The notes beneath the pieces are model-generated. The model was not told the DNA's origin and ran no database searches. It saw only the letters and a list, made by a program, of their open reading frames with translations. Shown one piece after another: positions 37,700-50,479 of a stretch of DNA of 64,000 nt. Position numbers and translations under genes: made by a program. Numbering within the stretch: position 1 is the first letter of the stretch; each line of letters starts with the position of its first letter. This stretch comes from Octopus sinensis (Eukaryota), in the NCBI RefSeq assembly GCF_006345805.1, contig NC_043021.1, forward strand, positions 3,162,001 through 3,226,000, given 5' to 3'.

Positions 37700-38730
37700 T
37701 TTAAATATGGTAAAGTATGACATGAAGATGCAGGGATTTGGTTGCTATTTCTAGCATTTCAAGACTAGGTGTACCTTAAACAGAAAATTGGAGTTTAGGA
37801 GGAAAGAACATTTTGGATATTAACATGGTAAAGTGTGATACGAAGGCACAAGGATTTGCTTTCTATTTCCAGCAGTTCAGGACAAAGTGTACCTTATCCA
37901 AACTGTTCTTTCCTCCCTGCTCCTATATTTGTTTCTAATAGTAAGGTATGATATGAAGACGCAGGGATTTGCTTGCTATTTCTAGCATTTCAAGACTAGG
38001 TGTACCTTAAACAAAAAAATTGGAGTTTAGGAGGAAAGAACGTTTTGGATATTAACATGGTAAAGTGTGATACGAAGGCACAAGGATTTGCTTTCTATTT
38101 CCAGCAGTTCAGGACAAAGTGTACCTTATCCAACCTGTTCTTTCCTCCCTGCTCCTATATTTGTTTCTAATAGTAAGGTATGATATGAAGACGCAGGGAT
38201 TAGCTTGCTATTTTTAGCAGTTCAGGATGAAAGTCAAAAATTATTTATCAACAATGGAGGCAGTATTAATACAGACAGGTGATATTTGTCCCCATTTCAA
38301 TGTGGATGTTCTGTTGGGACAAACCCTTATGTTGGCTTTTGGTGTCAAATGCACTCTTGCTTATCACTACCAGGGAGATAGATTTCCACCGACAGAACCA
38401 ACAGATCACGTGATTTCAACCTTCCTTGGTCTTGTCAGTGATAGATGCTCAACAACTAGAGAGGGATATCAGCAATTCATCTCTGCTAATGATATATGGA
38501 ATAACAGTGCCGGAACAGACGCTGGTATCACCACTCCAATTTTTGGTTTTAATATGGTAAAGTGTGATATGAGGGCATGGGGGCTTGTTTGCTAATTCTA
38601 GCAGTTCAGGACAAGGTGTACCGTATCCAAACTGTTACAGGGATTTGCTTGCTATTTTGTAGCAGTTCAGGACAAGGTGTACCTTACCCAAAGTGTCCTT
38701 TCTTTCCCATTCCAATTTCTGTTTTTAACA
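37700..38730. repeat. Minisatellite, ~116-bp monomer with ~232-bp A/B dimer
   Basis: GGTAAAGTrTGA...GGATTTGCTTGCTATTTCTAGCA...GTGTACCTTA units; near-identical blocks recur at offsets of 231-232. Confidence 0.85.
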
Positions 38731-38744
38731 TATGGTGTGACATG

Positions 38745-38895
38745 GCAAACTGGCAGAACCGTTAGCATGCCAACGTCAGCTTTGCCTCTCGCATCCTTTC
38801 AAGGCCAATAAAAGAAGTACCAGTTGAATACTGGAGTTGATATAAGCGACTTACACCCTTGCCTGAAATTGCTGGCCTTGTGCCAAAATTTAAAA
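38745..38895 (+). mobile_element. Internally deleted SINE family B
   Basis: CTGGCAGAACCGTTAGCA...CATCCTTTC...AAGAAGTACCAG...GGCCTTGTGCCAAAATT. Confidence 0.65.
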
Positions 38896-40333
38896 ACCAA
38901 CACAGTAAGGAGTGGACACTGATTTATTTGCTATTTTTAGCAGCTCAGTAACACCCTCCACTCCATACATGCTCTTTTGTTCATGTGACCTACGGAGATG
39001 AATGTTTTTGTGTATGTGCATGCACGCATGCATCTAAATCAGCTTTTGTTAATGTTTTGTTATACTAAAAACTTTTTCTTTTATATGAAAACAGGTTTTT
39101 GCAGTTTATGATTATGACTACGACTACCGTGAAAAACCTTATGAACTCCATTTATTGAGTGTTGTGAAAGTTCTGCACTGGTTTAAATCCTAAACTTGCT
39201 TGAAAGCACATTTAAGATGATATTGTTTGGAGTGGGTGTCAAAAACTGAAAACTAAGAACTGCTCTGTGCAAGAAACAAAGTTTGACCTCATTTTAGAAA
39301 GAAGTTCCTGTGTGCATTTAATGCCTTTTCTTCCTTCAGTTTTTGAGCTTAACCCCCATGTCTGTTCAAAGCATTTTCATATGGTCTGCATAATAGCTTC
39401 CAATTTATTCTGGTGGTTGAGAAAAATTGGTTACGTGCATCATATATGGTGCATGGACAATAATACAGGACAGGTAAAGGATTACTATCAGTTACCTCAA
39501 GCAGTGAGTTAGAATTGAAGGATTATTATTGAGGCAGCAAAATGCAATGAACGGCTTAGAACCATTAACACGCTTGGTGAAAAGCAGGCATTTCATCCAT
39601 CTCCACGTTCTGAGCTCAAATTCCACCAAAGTTGACTGTCTTTCATCCTTTCGGGATAAAATAAGTAGCAGTCAACTTTGCTTCCCTTTGAAAGCTACTG
39701 ACCCCTCTACCAAAATTTGAACGCATTGTTTTGGCAGCAGCCTGGGATAATCATTGTAAGCATTGGATAAAATGCTTTGCAGTATTTTTCACCGTTTTAT
39801 AATCTGAGTGAAGTCATCTTGGGAGTAGTAAAATACAGCAGCAGTCAAGTGCTGTGGTGTCAGAGCTACCAACCGTTCCTATCACCCTCAATAAGAAACC
39901 ATCATTTGATACTATTTGTTAGGCCAGATATTTATATTCTCATCAATATATGTGGAAATATTTGTGTGTAATCAACTCAACTGTATTCAATCAAACTCGG
40001 CAGGTGAAAGGACAACAGGTCAAGAAAAAAAGAAAAAAAAATGTCCTGCAATAGTTATTTTTATATGGACTAAACTGCATTTTGTTAAAATCTCTAGTTA
40101 AAAAGCTAAGCAAAACTATTAATTTGGCTTAGTCTATTCGAGGTACAAAAAGAAAAGAGAGGGCATCCCTGAACTGCTTGGGTTAAGTTTTTCAATCAGC
40201 CACCAGGTAGTTTCAAGCTCAACCTTTATATAATCAAATTTCATCGTTTTATTTATATATCATGTAAAGTCTTGTTTTTATTTAGCACATCCACCTATTT
40301 TAAATCAGTCTTAGTTGTGCATATATATATATA

Positions 40334-40609
40334 CTAGCAGTATCGCTCGGGTTTGTAAGGGAAATAACTATATAAGCATTTTTAGAGAGTTACCTCCCTT
40401 ATATAACCCAAGCAAAAATCATTAAAAATGTTGGTGAATTTTTTTTTAAATCGTAGACGCGCGCTAATACCCAGAAGGGCTCGATATGAATGACGACTAT
40501 AAGATACCCGCTTTTGGTTAAACTGCACGGCAAAATGCGGGAGTAGTTAGGAATCTATATCGGAGGAGACAGAGTCTCACACACACAACTTCAATTTTAT
40601 ATATAAAGA
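40334..40609 (-). mobile_element. Non-autonomous Helitron-like element (deleted copy)
   Basis: Shares both ends with 54021-54415; lacks part of the hairpin and about 100 bp of the body. Confidence 0.7.
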
Positions 40610-41133
40610 GGAGAGATAGTGATGCAGATAAACATGATTAAGCTTGATCTTATAATAATTTTGCTTGTTCCTTTGTTACTTAGCCCATTCATAACACTTC
40701 TACGTGATTAGCTGAAGGGAGAGGTGGTGGTGATTGAAACGTTTTTTTTTTCTTTTTAACTAAGTTTTTTTCCCCCTCTGTTACTTAGTCCATCTGAAAC
40801 ACTTTCACATGATTAGTTGAAGGGAAAATCAAAGAGCAAAAGAAAGTGTTGTGTATCAAGTCTATAAAATTGTGCATAAAGTATATAAAATCTATTAAGT
40901 AATCATTGTATTCCAATTTCCTTCACTTTTCAAAGATTAGCAAGGTGAGCGACTATCTTTTGATACAGACACAACACAGGCTACACTTTCAGGTTTTTTT
41001 GAATAACGTTTTCAGAAATAACCCAATAAGTTCACCATTAATTCTGTGAAATAGTCACAGGTCCCACTAGTATATATAAACATAGGTACATATAGATACA
41101 TACAACTAAATATATTCAGAAGATAAGCGCACA

Positions 41134-42259
41134 CACACAACAGAAGTAAATAGATCCTTTATAATCATTGAAATTCATTTAAATCTGAAATTATACGATC
41201 AAATTATTGTTATAATGTGAAGATTTAATATTTAGTAGACATGCCCTTTGCATTATTCGATGCAAGGACCCTATTAGGCATGTTACTGGTCAGATGACAA
41301 ATATTCTCTTGAGGGATGTCATACCAGGTTTCATGAAGTAATCTCACAAGATCTGGCTTCGAAGATGCTTTCTTGTTCTTTTTAAAAAGTGTCCAGTCCA
41401 TTATGTCCCAGAGGTGTTCAATAAGGTTCATATCTGGTGACTGGCTTGGCTAGGGAAGCTTTTTAATGCCATTCTCATCCAACAAATCTTGGGTCATTTT
41501 AGCCGTGTGACAAAGAGCCCCATCTTTCATAAATAGTCTTCTTTAATCATTTCACCACTGTAGAAGATTGGAAAGACTCCTTTCTGCAATATGGACACAT
41601 ATTTATCTGAGTTTATGTTTCCCTCACATTCCACTGATCAACAATTCTTCTCCAGACCATCACAGAATAGTTGTTTCATTGTTGGCTGCAATCTTTTCAC
41701 ATCAAATTCTTTGATCACAGAGTCTCCAGACCCACACTTGACCATTGGACTCAGAAAATATGACAGCGTCCCAAAATGCTAGTGGTCTCTCCAGCATCTC
41801 ACTCGCCCAATCTTTTCTCTGCTTGATGTTGGCTGATCGAAGAAGTGGCTTCCTTCCTGCTGCTCTGCCATATTAACCAAGTTTGTGGAGATACCTGACA
41901 TCAACTTGTTCTGTGTCAGAGGCCTTGCAACGAGATTATCCTCCACACTTGTCTAAGCAAAGAGAAGGGTCCTGTCCGAGAGCCCTGGTTGAGGTGATGT
42001 GGACTCCTTTCCTTCTCAGGTGAATTGCAAAATCACTCTATTAAGCATTTTACGCTATGTCCACCTTCAGAATGACCCATGATACGGCCTCTTTGAAATT
42101 CAGACAGTTTCAAGGCTTCTTTTGTACATGGCATAATTAAACAGTCACATATAGAACCTCAAACATAAAAATGTCAATTAATCCAAAATATAAACCTCAA
42201 CAAGTTAGAATAAACATAAAACGATGGTTTATGGGGTGTCTATTTACTTCTGTTGTGTG
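41134..42259 (-). pseudogene. Decayed Tc1-type transposon
   Basis: NLIEHLWDIMD and C-terminal SNMPNRVLA...KGMSTKY motifs; 21-bp inverted ends CACACAACAGAAGTAAATAGA / TCTATTTACTTCTGTTGTGTG. Confidence 0.8.
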
Positions 42260-42489
42260 TTATACAGCACATAAAAAATACAGAATACTAAGGAGATAAT
42301 GCAAAAAACCAAGCATCTGCTGTATTTTTATGCTCTAAGTAAATTTACACATATATCTCACTATCTACATGATTATATGTGTACCGGTATATATGATTAT
42401 ATTGACCCAATATAATCATCTTAATTTTGAAGAATAAAATATTAAAAAAAGACGCTTTAATATTTTATTCTTCAAAATTAAGATGAAGT

Positions 42490-43650
42490 AATTTTTTTAT
42501 CTAAAATATACTCTCCTTCATTTTCTACAATGCTCTTCCATTTATCTGGTAGACTTGCAAGGCCCTTCTTCCAAAATTCACCTGTCCCCAATGAAAAATA
42601 CTCCTCCGGTATTGTTCCGACCGCATCTACAGAATTCATATTTCTTCCGTCCAAATGATTTTGAAGACTGAAATAAATGACAATCAGATGGGGTAATGTC
42701 CAATGAATGTGGTGGGTGGGTCATCGTTTCCCATTCAAACTGCTCCAGCGTTTGGAATGTCATCCTCACTGTATGTGGCTGAGCATTATCCTGAGGGAAG
42801 AGTACTTTTTGTCTTGAAACCAAAGGAGGTCCTTCTAGTGTTTAAGACTTAAGCTGCCCACAGTAGATCTCTTTTGTTATTGTTTGGTTTGGATTTAAAA
42901 GTTCTAAGTGGACTAAACCTTTCGTATCCTACCACACAGATAACAACACCTTATGTAGGGTTCCAGTGTTTCTCCTTTCCTTACTCACTGTCTTCAGCAC
43001 TTGACATTTTTATAGAGAACCCATTTCTCATCAATATTCAGTCCAGAAAAGGTTCGTTTATGAGACAGGACATCAAAGAAGAGCACATATTCACTCTCTG
43101 TGTGTGATTAGACTCAGAAAGTTTGCAAGGAACCCATTGCCCCAATTTTCTGGCTTTTCCAATGGCAAGCAGACGATGAATGGTTGAATGACCAAAATCC
43201 AAGCTTCTCTGCTGGTTCCTCAACAGATATGATGGTATTTTGTTCCACCTGGCTTTGCAGTATGTCTTCATCAAGCTCTACAGATATTCCAGGACAAGGC
43301 TCGTCTTCTAGGCTGTAGTTTCTGGCTTGGAATCTCTGGAACCACTGTTGAAACTGGCTTACGCTTATTGTGCAATCCCCATATTCTGCATTCATATTCC
43401 TCGTAGTTTCTGTTGAATTGTTGCCTTTATTGAACTCACAAAGCAAAATATGCTCCTTTGTCACTTCCATTATAACTTTGAAAACATAACTTAAAATCGA
43501 ACTGCACTCTTCAAAACTGGCACTAAGAATAAGGACACGTTAAAATTACTACCTGCTTTTATATCAAGTTGATGCAGATAGTTGATCCTGTCCCCCTCCG
43601 ACTTTTAGGTCATGCAATTGAAAAAACTGCATTATTTATGGAATGACTCA
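42490..43650 (-). pseudogene. Decayed mariner transposase (Hsmar1/SETMAR-like motifs)
   Basis: MEVTKEH..EFNKG..TETTRNMN, WFQRF...SLEDEP, LGQWVPCKL, QDNAQPH and HPPHSLDITPSDCHLF across frameshifts. Confidence 0.9.
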
Positions 43651-43695
43651 ATATGTTATATATATATATACATACACACGCGTGTGTGTATCTAT

Positions 43696-43995
43696 GAAGG
43701 CGCGTGGTTTAGTGGTTGGGGCATTCGGCTCACAATTGTGAGTTCAGTCCCTGGCGACGCGTTGTGTCCTTGAGCAAGACACTTTATTTCCCATTGCTCA
43801 AGTTCACTCAGCTGGCAAAAATGAGTAGGACCTGTATTTCAAAGGGCCAGCCTTGTCACACTCTGTGTCATGTTGAATCTCCCTGAGAACTACGTTAAGG
43901 GTCCACATGTCTGTGGAGTGCTCAGCCACTTGCACATTAATTTCATGAGCAAGCTGTTCCATTGATCGTATCGGCTGGGACCCTAATCACCGTCA
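43696..43995 (+). mobile_element. SINE family E (tRNA-like head, GTGTCCTTGAGCAAGACACTT domain)
   Basis: GGCGCGTGGTTTAGTGGTT A-box-like and GAGTTCAGTCCC B-box-like motifs; related copy on the minus strand at 45205-45465. Confidence 0.75.
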
Positions 43996-44295
43996 CCGAA
44001 AGAGTGCTCCTATCTGTATATATATATATAATTATGTTTTATATATCAAGCCTAATCATGTTTATCTACCTCACCTGGATTTTCCTTACAGCCCATGGAC
44101 CTAGTCCTCTCTAAAGACCTCGGAGTTTAAGTTAAATCATTTGAGCACAACTGTGTTTTCTGTATTGAGCATTTCCAGCTCTCACCTACTGACTCTATGT
44201 ATATATTGTGTGTGTAGGGGGGTTGCATACTGGCTTGGAAAAATCTGCATAGAAATGAGCAAACAAATATATATTCTAGCATCAATTAAACAATT

Positions 44296-44693
44296 ACTCT
44301 TTTACTTGTTTCAGTCATTTGACTGCGGCCATGCTGGGGCACCGCCTTTAGTCGAGCAAATCGACCCCGGGACTTATTCTTTTGGAAGCCCAGTACTTAT
44401 TCTATCGGTCTCTTTTGCCGAACCGCTAAGTGACGGGGACGTAAACAAACCAGCATCGGTTGTCAAGCAATGCTAGGGGGACAAACACAGACACACAAAC
44501 ATACACACACACATATATATATACATACATATATACGACGGGCTTCTTTCAGTTTCCGTCTACCAAATCCACTCACAAGGCATTGGTCGGCCCGAGGCTA
44601 TAGCAGAAGACACTTGCCCAAGATGCCACGCAGTGGGACTGAACCCAGAACCATGTGGTTGGTTAGCAAGCTACTTACCACCCAGCCACTCCT
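44296..44693 (-). mobile_element. SINE family A
   Basis: Reverse complement of the family A consensus. Confidence 0.9.
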
Positions 44694-44785
44694 AGCACTA
44701 TGACCCAGCAACGCCGAGTCATATGTACACATTCCTCAATGCTTCAACATTTGCCTCTGAATACATTTAAATAACACACACACAT

Positions 44786-45200
44786 GATTAAGAAACTTCC
44801 TAACCATATCTGGTTCAAGCCCTGTGTGGGGCACATTGGCCAAGTGTCTTCTACCGTAGCCCTAGGTTATGAGTCTTTAGGTGTGGATTTGGTAGACGAG
44901 AACTGGAAGAAGGCCAATGTGTATATGTGAAATATGTCTTTTATCTTGTTTTAATCATTGGACTGCAGCCATTTTGGGGGCACCTCCTTAAAGGGTTTGG
45001 TCAAACAAATCGACCCCAGGACTTATTCTTTGTAAGCCTGGTACTTGTTTTATCATTCTCTTATGCTGAATCACTAAGTTACAGGGATGTAAACACACCA
45101 ACATTGGTTATCAAGTGATGCTGGAAGGGGTGGACAAGCAAAGGCACACACAGATATATACATACATATATGACGGGCTTCTTCCAGTTTTCATCTACCT
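44786..45200. mobile_element. Degenerate SINE family A pieces in opposite orientations
   Basis: + strand head at 44786-44925; minus strand 3' half at about 44940-45200. Confidence 0.6.
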
Positions 45201-45204
45201 GTAT

Positions 45205-45465
45205 TTCATCACATGACCGACCAAGCTGTCAGATGTTGCACATCACTGGCCTCAATGTGTTTTGCATGGTTTCAGCCTTCAAATGATGCCACCCCACTGG
45301 CTTCACAAGCAGGCCAACATTCCCCCCTAATCAAAAGGGGGACTGGAGCAATATGAGATGAAGTGTTTTGCTCAAGAACATGCCGTGCCATCCAATCAGG
45401 GAATTGAACCCGTGATCTAGTGATCATGAGTGCAACAGCCTAACCACTAGGCCATGTGCCTTCAC
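45205..45465 (-). mobile_element. SINE family E
   Basis: Reverse complement reads GTGAAGGCACATGGCCTAGTGGTTAGG...GGGTTCAATTCC...TTCTTGAGCAAAACACTT. Confidence 0.7.
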
Positions 45466-47045
45466 ATGAAATTCATAATGACCACTAAATTTATTTCTGA
45501 AGTCATCTGTAGTTAGCCTCTACAACTTAGTTGAGCTGAAGAGCAAAAGGCCCTGGTTCCGTTCTGGGTTTTGGCATGTTTGGGTTCCGTTTTGACCTTA
45601 TAATCAATATTCTTATATTGGGAGTGGGATGATAGAAGCAGGTTTCCTTTTTCTCAATTACAAATATATTGGCAAGTAATCATCACTACAACAAGATATA
45701 TATAGATATATCACACATTCATTACATCTGTGCATATATATATATATATATACAAAGGTAGGTAATAATCTTGAACACCAACTGCCTCTGACGACTTGTG
45801 TCATATGTCACAAAACTTGTAAGACAATATCTGGACTTAGAAGACATGTGCTAGTCCACAAAAACATTCCTTCAGAATCTGATTCCAAAGGACAAAGATA
45901 CAGAAGAAACTAGAATAATATCTGTCCCTTGTGTTTGAAACCCTGTCAGTCAGCAGCTGGTCTTAAAAGTCATCTAAGGGCTCATTACCAGAGGGATTGT
46001 GCTGTGTGATGGGGTGTGTGTTGATGGGACAGCCATCATCTGTCAAGAGGAAGCAGTCATCACAGGTGTAAACAAGGTGCGTTCAAAAAGTACCCGACTG
46101 TTTTTTCTTGCCAAAACTAATGGGCACGGGCAAAATTCCTTTGGGTGGGGAGCGATGAATGTAAAAACAATAAAATAAATGGGTTTATTTGTGAAATACA
46201 GTTGTGATTTGAATTTGCTACAGAAAGTGGTCTATGTTTGTGGTGGGAAGTGGGGTCTCAAGGAATGTTGCCAAGCGACAGCATCCTGAAAACATTTGGG
46301 GACCACTGATCTGGGGCAATGACTTGTGGTGCATTATACAATTGTTTCCGTAAGCAGGCGATATTTTTATTCCATTTCTCATACAATGTTATGAAAATCA
46401 TCGTGTTATATAATACATGCCATACTTCAGAATACATGGAAATATGTAATAATAAACCTATGGTCCATTCGCTTCCTCAGATGATTTGAAGGTAGGGCCC
46501 TACAAATTTCAGTGTGTCACGATATGTACATCAGGTGAACCCCAAAAAGCTTTCACTTGATATCTCCTCTAAGTTTTGAGACAATCTTAATACAAGGGTA
46601 TAGGGGTAGATCAAAATAAAGTCCAGTTAAATTTATCTTACATCAAAGCATTAACAGTAAAACTACAGCCTGCCGTTTAATGATTTTTATGGCAATGACA
46701 GGGGACTAGCAAAGGAAGTTTACTCTACGAATTCACTGGCGCCTTTACCCTACAACCCCATCTCAATGATGCCCCCAATCGACAAACAAAAATACACTCG
46801 AAAATGAATTAGCATCCGCATTCTCTCCCATAATTACGATGCTAAAATAACCGCACACATACTATATATATTATACATATAGACACACGCATATGGATAT
46901 ATATATATAAACACATACAAGTTCATGCACACACACATTCCTCTACCCACATAAGTCGCACAAAAATTGCAATGCCAAGATGTATATATGTATGTATGTA
47001 TGTATGATACATACATATGAACACTTGTTCACACACGTATATGTG

Positions 47046-47076
<31 letters not shown>

Positions 47077-47521
47077 ATGTATATATACAAACGTATATAT
47101 ACATAATTAAAGACCCACACATATACACATATGCTGTACTCATCAAATGCAAAATAAGTTTATAAATACCAGGATTCACACACAAACCTAGGCTTCTTTG
47201 TATGTATACACACATACATGCCTGCATACACACACACACACACACACCCTCGTACATGCACAGTTACACATAAATACATGACTAATACGAAACCGTTTTA
47301 TTTCTACTTAGAAATATCTAGTTTCAATGTCATCATAATTGCCCACACGTTTAAAAATACACACCCAAATATTCACTCATATTTACATACATAGACACAC
47401 AGCCATATATATATACATACATACATATATTGCCCTATATATACACCCACGCATACACATAAGCACATAAATGTATACCATGTTCGCTAAACATAAAAGA
47501 TATGTTAATATACGCAAGAAT

Positions 47522-47573
<52 letters not shown>

Positions 47574-47578
<5 letters not shown>

Positions 47579-47933
47579 ATCCAAACATGAAAACACGAGG
47601 ACGTGGAAAAGTATAGTATTATTGGATGCTCAGGAAAGAAGGAGAGTTTTACGTTTCGAGCGGAGCTCTTCGACAGAAACAGGAAAAATCCAAAGAACGG
47701 AAGACGGAGGAAAAAACAAAATCGCCAACAGTACACACGCGGTATATATTGATAGAAATGGTAAGACAACAAAGAACGAGAGAGACCTCGATATTATGTA
47801 AATAGAGGAATTTATCTGTAAATGTAATATGTGACAATTATTTGGTAGCCATGATAAAACTCTGAGTTTCCACCCCGTCATCCGAATCTCGGAGTTTTAT
47901 CATGGCTACTGAATAATTGTCACATATTACATT

Positions 47934-47935
<2 letters not shown>
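47574..47935 (-). mobile_element. Penelope-like pseudo-LTR fragment with inverted 5' end, between TA microsatellites
   Basis: Minimal hammerhead-like motif; 48-bp inverted duplication at one end; (TA)n and (CA/TA)n flanks. Confidence 0.6.
47646..47680 (-). ncRNA. Minimal type I hammerhead ribozyme motif, core-mutated (probably inactive)
   Basis: Minus strand GTTT-CTGTCGA-A-GAGC-TCC-GCTC-GAAA-CG-TA-AAAC: stem I GTTT/AAAC, stem II GAGC/GCTC, GAAACGTA; CUGANGA appears as CUGUCGA. Confidence 0.55.
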
Positions 47936-47977
<42 letters not shown>

Positions 47978-47996
47978 CACACACACACATATATAT

Positions 47997-48027
<31 letters not shown>

Positions 48028-48670
48028 CACACACACACATATATATATATACACACACACACACACATATATATATATACACACACACACACATATATAC
48101 ACACACACACATATATACACACACACACACATATATATACACACACACACATATATATACACACACACACATATATATATACACACACATATATATACAC
48201 ACACATATATATATATACACACACATATATACACACACACATATATACCACACCACATATATACACACACACATATATATACATACACATATATATACAT
48301 ACACATATATACATACATACACATATATACATACATACATATATATACACACATATATATACATACATACACATACATACATACATATATATACATACAT
48401 ATATATTAATACTATATATACACTACAGATATATATACATACATATATATACAACATATATATATACATACATACATATATACATACATAAATATACATA
48501 CATACATATATATATACCATACATATATATATACATACATATATTATATATACATATATATATACATACATATACATACATACATATACATACATACATA
48601 TACATACATACATATACATACATACATACAATACATACACATACATTACATATATATATATATATATATA
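47936..48670. repeat. Long compound (CA)n(TA)n/(TACA)n microsatellite, about 735 bp
   Basis: Seen directly in the sequence. Confidence 0.95.
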
Positions 48671-50370
48671 CAACAATGAGGGCAAAATTAATAATTATTA
48701 ATCAATTTCACCAAGTGTTCAGTATGCAAAGGGACCATCAAGGCGAATTCAAATTATTACATTATATAAAAGGGCTTAGTAAAATAAATTACTTTGCCGC
48801 ATACTGAACTCATTAGAATACATCAGCTAAAAAACTTTTTTAAAACATTTCTATATATAAAGAAAATCTCTCTCATATATAGTGTTTGCTTAATTAACTC
48901 ACAAAGTTTGGGGTAAGGACATCGAAAAATCAAATGCTAAGGTTATTCGAGAACGTACGTTTCAAGATTAGTACAAAACAACATTTCATCATCGGCTCAG
49001 AAATTCCTTGGTTTGGATTTGGAAACACTGATAAATAAGAACATACCCTTTCGAAGATCTGCTCCCAAATAACAGTGCCAACAAATTCAAATAAGCAAGC
49101 GAAGAATCTTGTTCTCCCTTTCACACAGCGTGGGTTAAAATCATCAAACACTATGCTTATTTCGGTAAAATCCGAAGCATTAATCAGAGGGAGATATAAT
49201 TATAATTTCAACAAATGAGGGCAAAATTAATTAATTATTAATCAATTTCACCAAGTGTTCAGTATGCAAAGGGAACATTCAAGGCGAATTCAATTATTAC
49301 ATTATATAAAAGGGCTTAGTAAAATAAATTACTTTGCCGCATACTGAACTCATTAGAAATAGCAGCTAAAAAACTTTTTTAAAACTATTCTAATACTAAA
49401 GAAAATCTCTTATATATAGTGTTTGCTTAATTCAACTCAAAAAGTTGGAGGTAAGGACATCGAAAAATCAAATGCTAAGGTATTCGAGAACGTACGTTTC
49501 AAGATTAGTCAAAACAACATTCTATCATCGGCTCAGAAATTCTTGGTTTGGATTTGGAAACACTGAAAATAAGAAATACCCTTTCGAAGATCTGCTCCCA
49601 ACTACATGCCAATAAATTCAAATAAGCAAGCGAAGAATCTCTGTTCTCCCCTTTCCACCAGCGTGGGTTAAAATCATCAAACACTATGCTTATTTCGGTA
49701 AAATCCGAAGCATTAATCAGAGGGAGATTAATTATAATTTCAACAATGAGGGCAAAATTAATTAATTATTAATCAATTTCACCAAGTGTCAGTATGCAAA
49801 GGGACCATTCAAGGCGAATTCAAATTATTACATTATATAAAAGGGCTTAGTAAAATAAATTACTTTGCCGCATACTGAACTCATTAGAAATAGCAGCTAA
49901 AAAACTTTTTTAAAACTATTCTAATACTTAAAGAAAATCTCTCTCATATATAGTGTTTGCTTATTCACTCACAAAAGTTTGGAGGTAAGGACATCGAAAA
50001 ATCAAATGCTAAGGTTATTCGAGAACGTACGTTTCAAGATTAGTCAAAACAACATTTCTATCATCGGCTCAGAAATTCCTTGGTTTGGATTTGGAAACAC
50101 TGAAAATAAGAACATACCCTTTCGAAGATCTGCTCCCAACTAACAGTGCCAACAAATCAAATAAGCAAGCGAAGAATCTCTGTTCTCCCCTTTCCACAGC
50201 GTGTATTAAATCATCAAACACTATGCTTATTTCGGTAAAATCCGAAGCATTAATCAGAGAGAGATTTATTTTTAGTATTAGAAATAGTTTTAAAAAAGTT
50301 TTTAGCTGCTATTTCTAATGAGTTCAGTATGCGGCAAAGTAATTTATTTTACTAAGCCCTTTTATATAAT
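48671..50370. repeat. Three tandem ~535-bp units followed by an inverted partial unit
   Basis: CAACAATGAGGGCAAAATT-type starts at 48671, 49209 and 49741; 50257-50370 is the reverse complement of part of the unit. Confidence 0.9.
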
Positions 50371-50399
50371 ATATATATATATACATACATATATATACA

Positions 50400-50431
<32 letters not shown>

Positions 50432-50433
50432 CA

Positions 50434-50479
<46 letters not shown>

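Noticed and set aside
38227-38595. 122-aa ORF inside the minisatellite region
   Set aside because: No recognisable domain or splice context; partly made of repeat units.
37700-38730. CRISPR-like repeat-spacer array (also considered for 18949-20667)
   Set aside because: Eukaryotic context, no cas genes, and the inter-repeat segments are themselves homologous.
44692-44725. Isolated Helitron 3' end (hairpin plus CTAG on the minus strand)
   Set aside because: The hairpin is plausible, but there is no matching 5' TC end or A/T target, and it overlaps the SINE head.
48945-49000. Hammerhead in the 535-bp unit (minus strand CCGATGA...GAAACGTA)
   Set aside because: U4 is C, stem II pairs poorly and stem I is out of register by four nt; not supportable without a covariance model.
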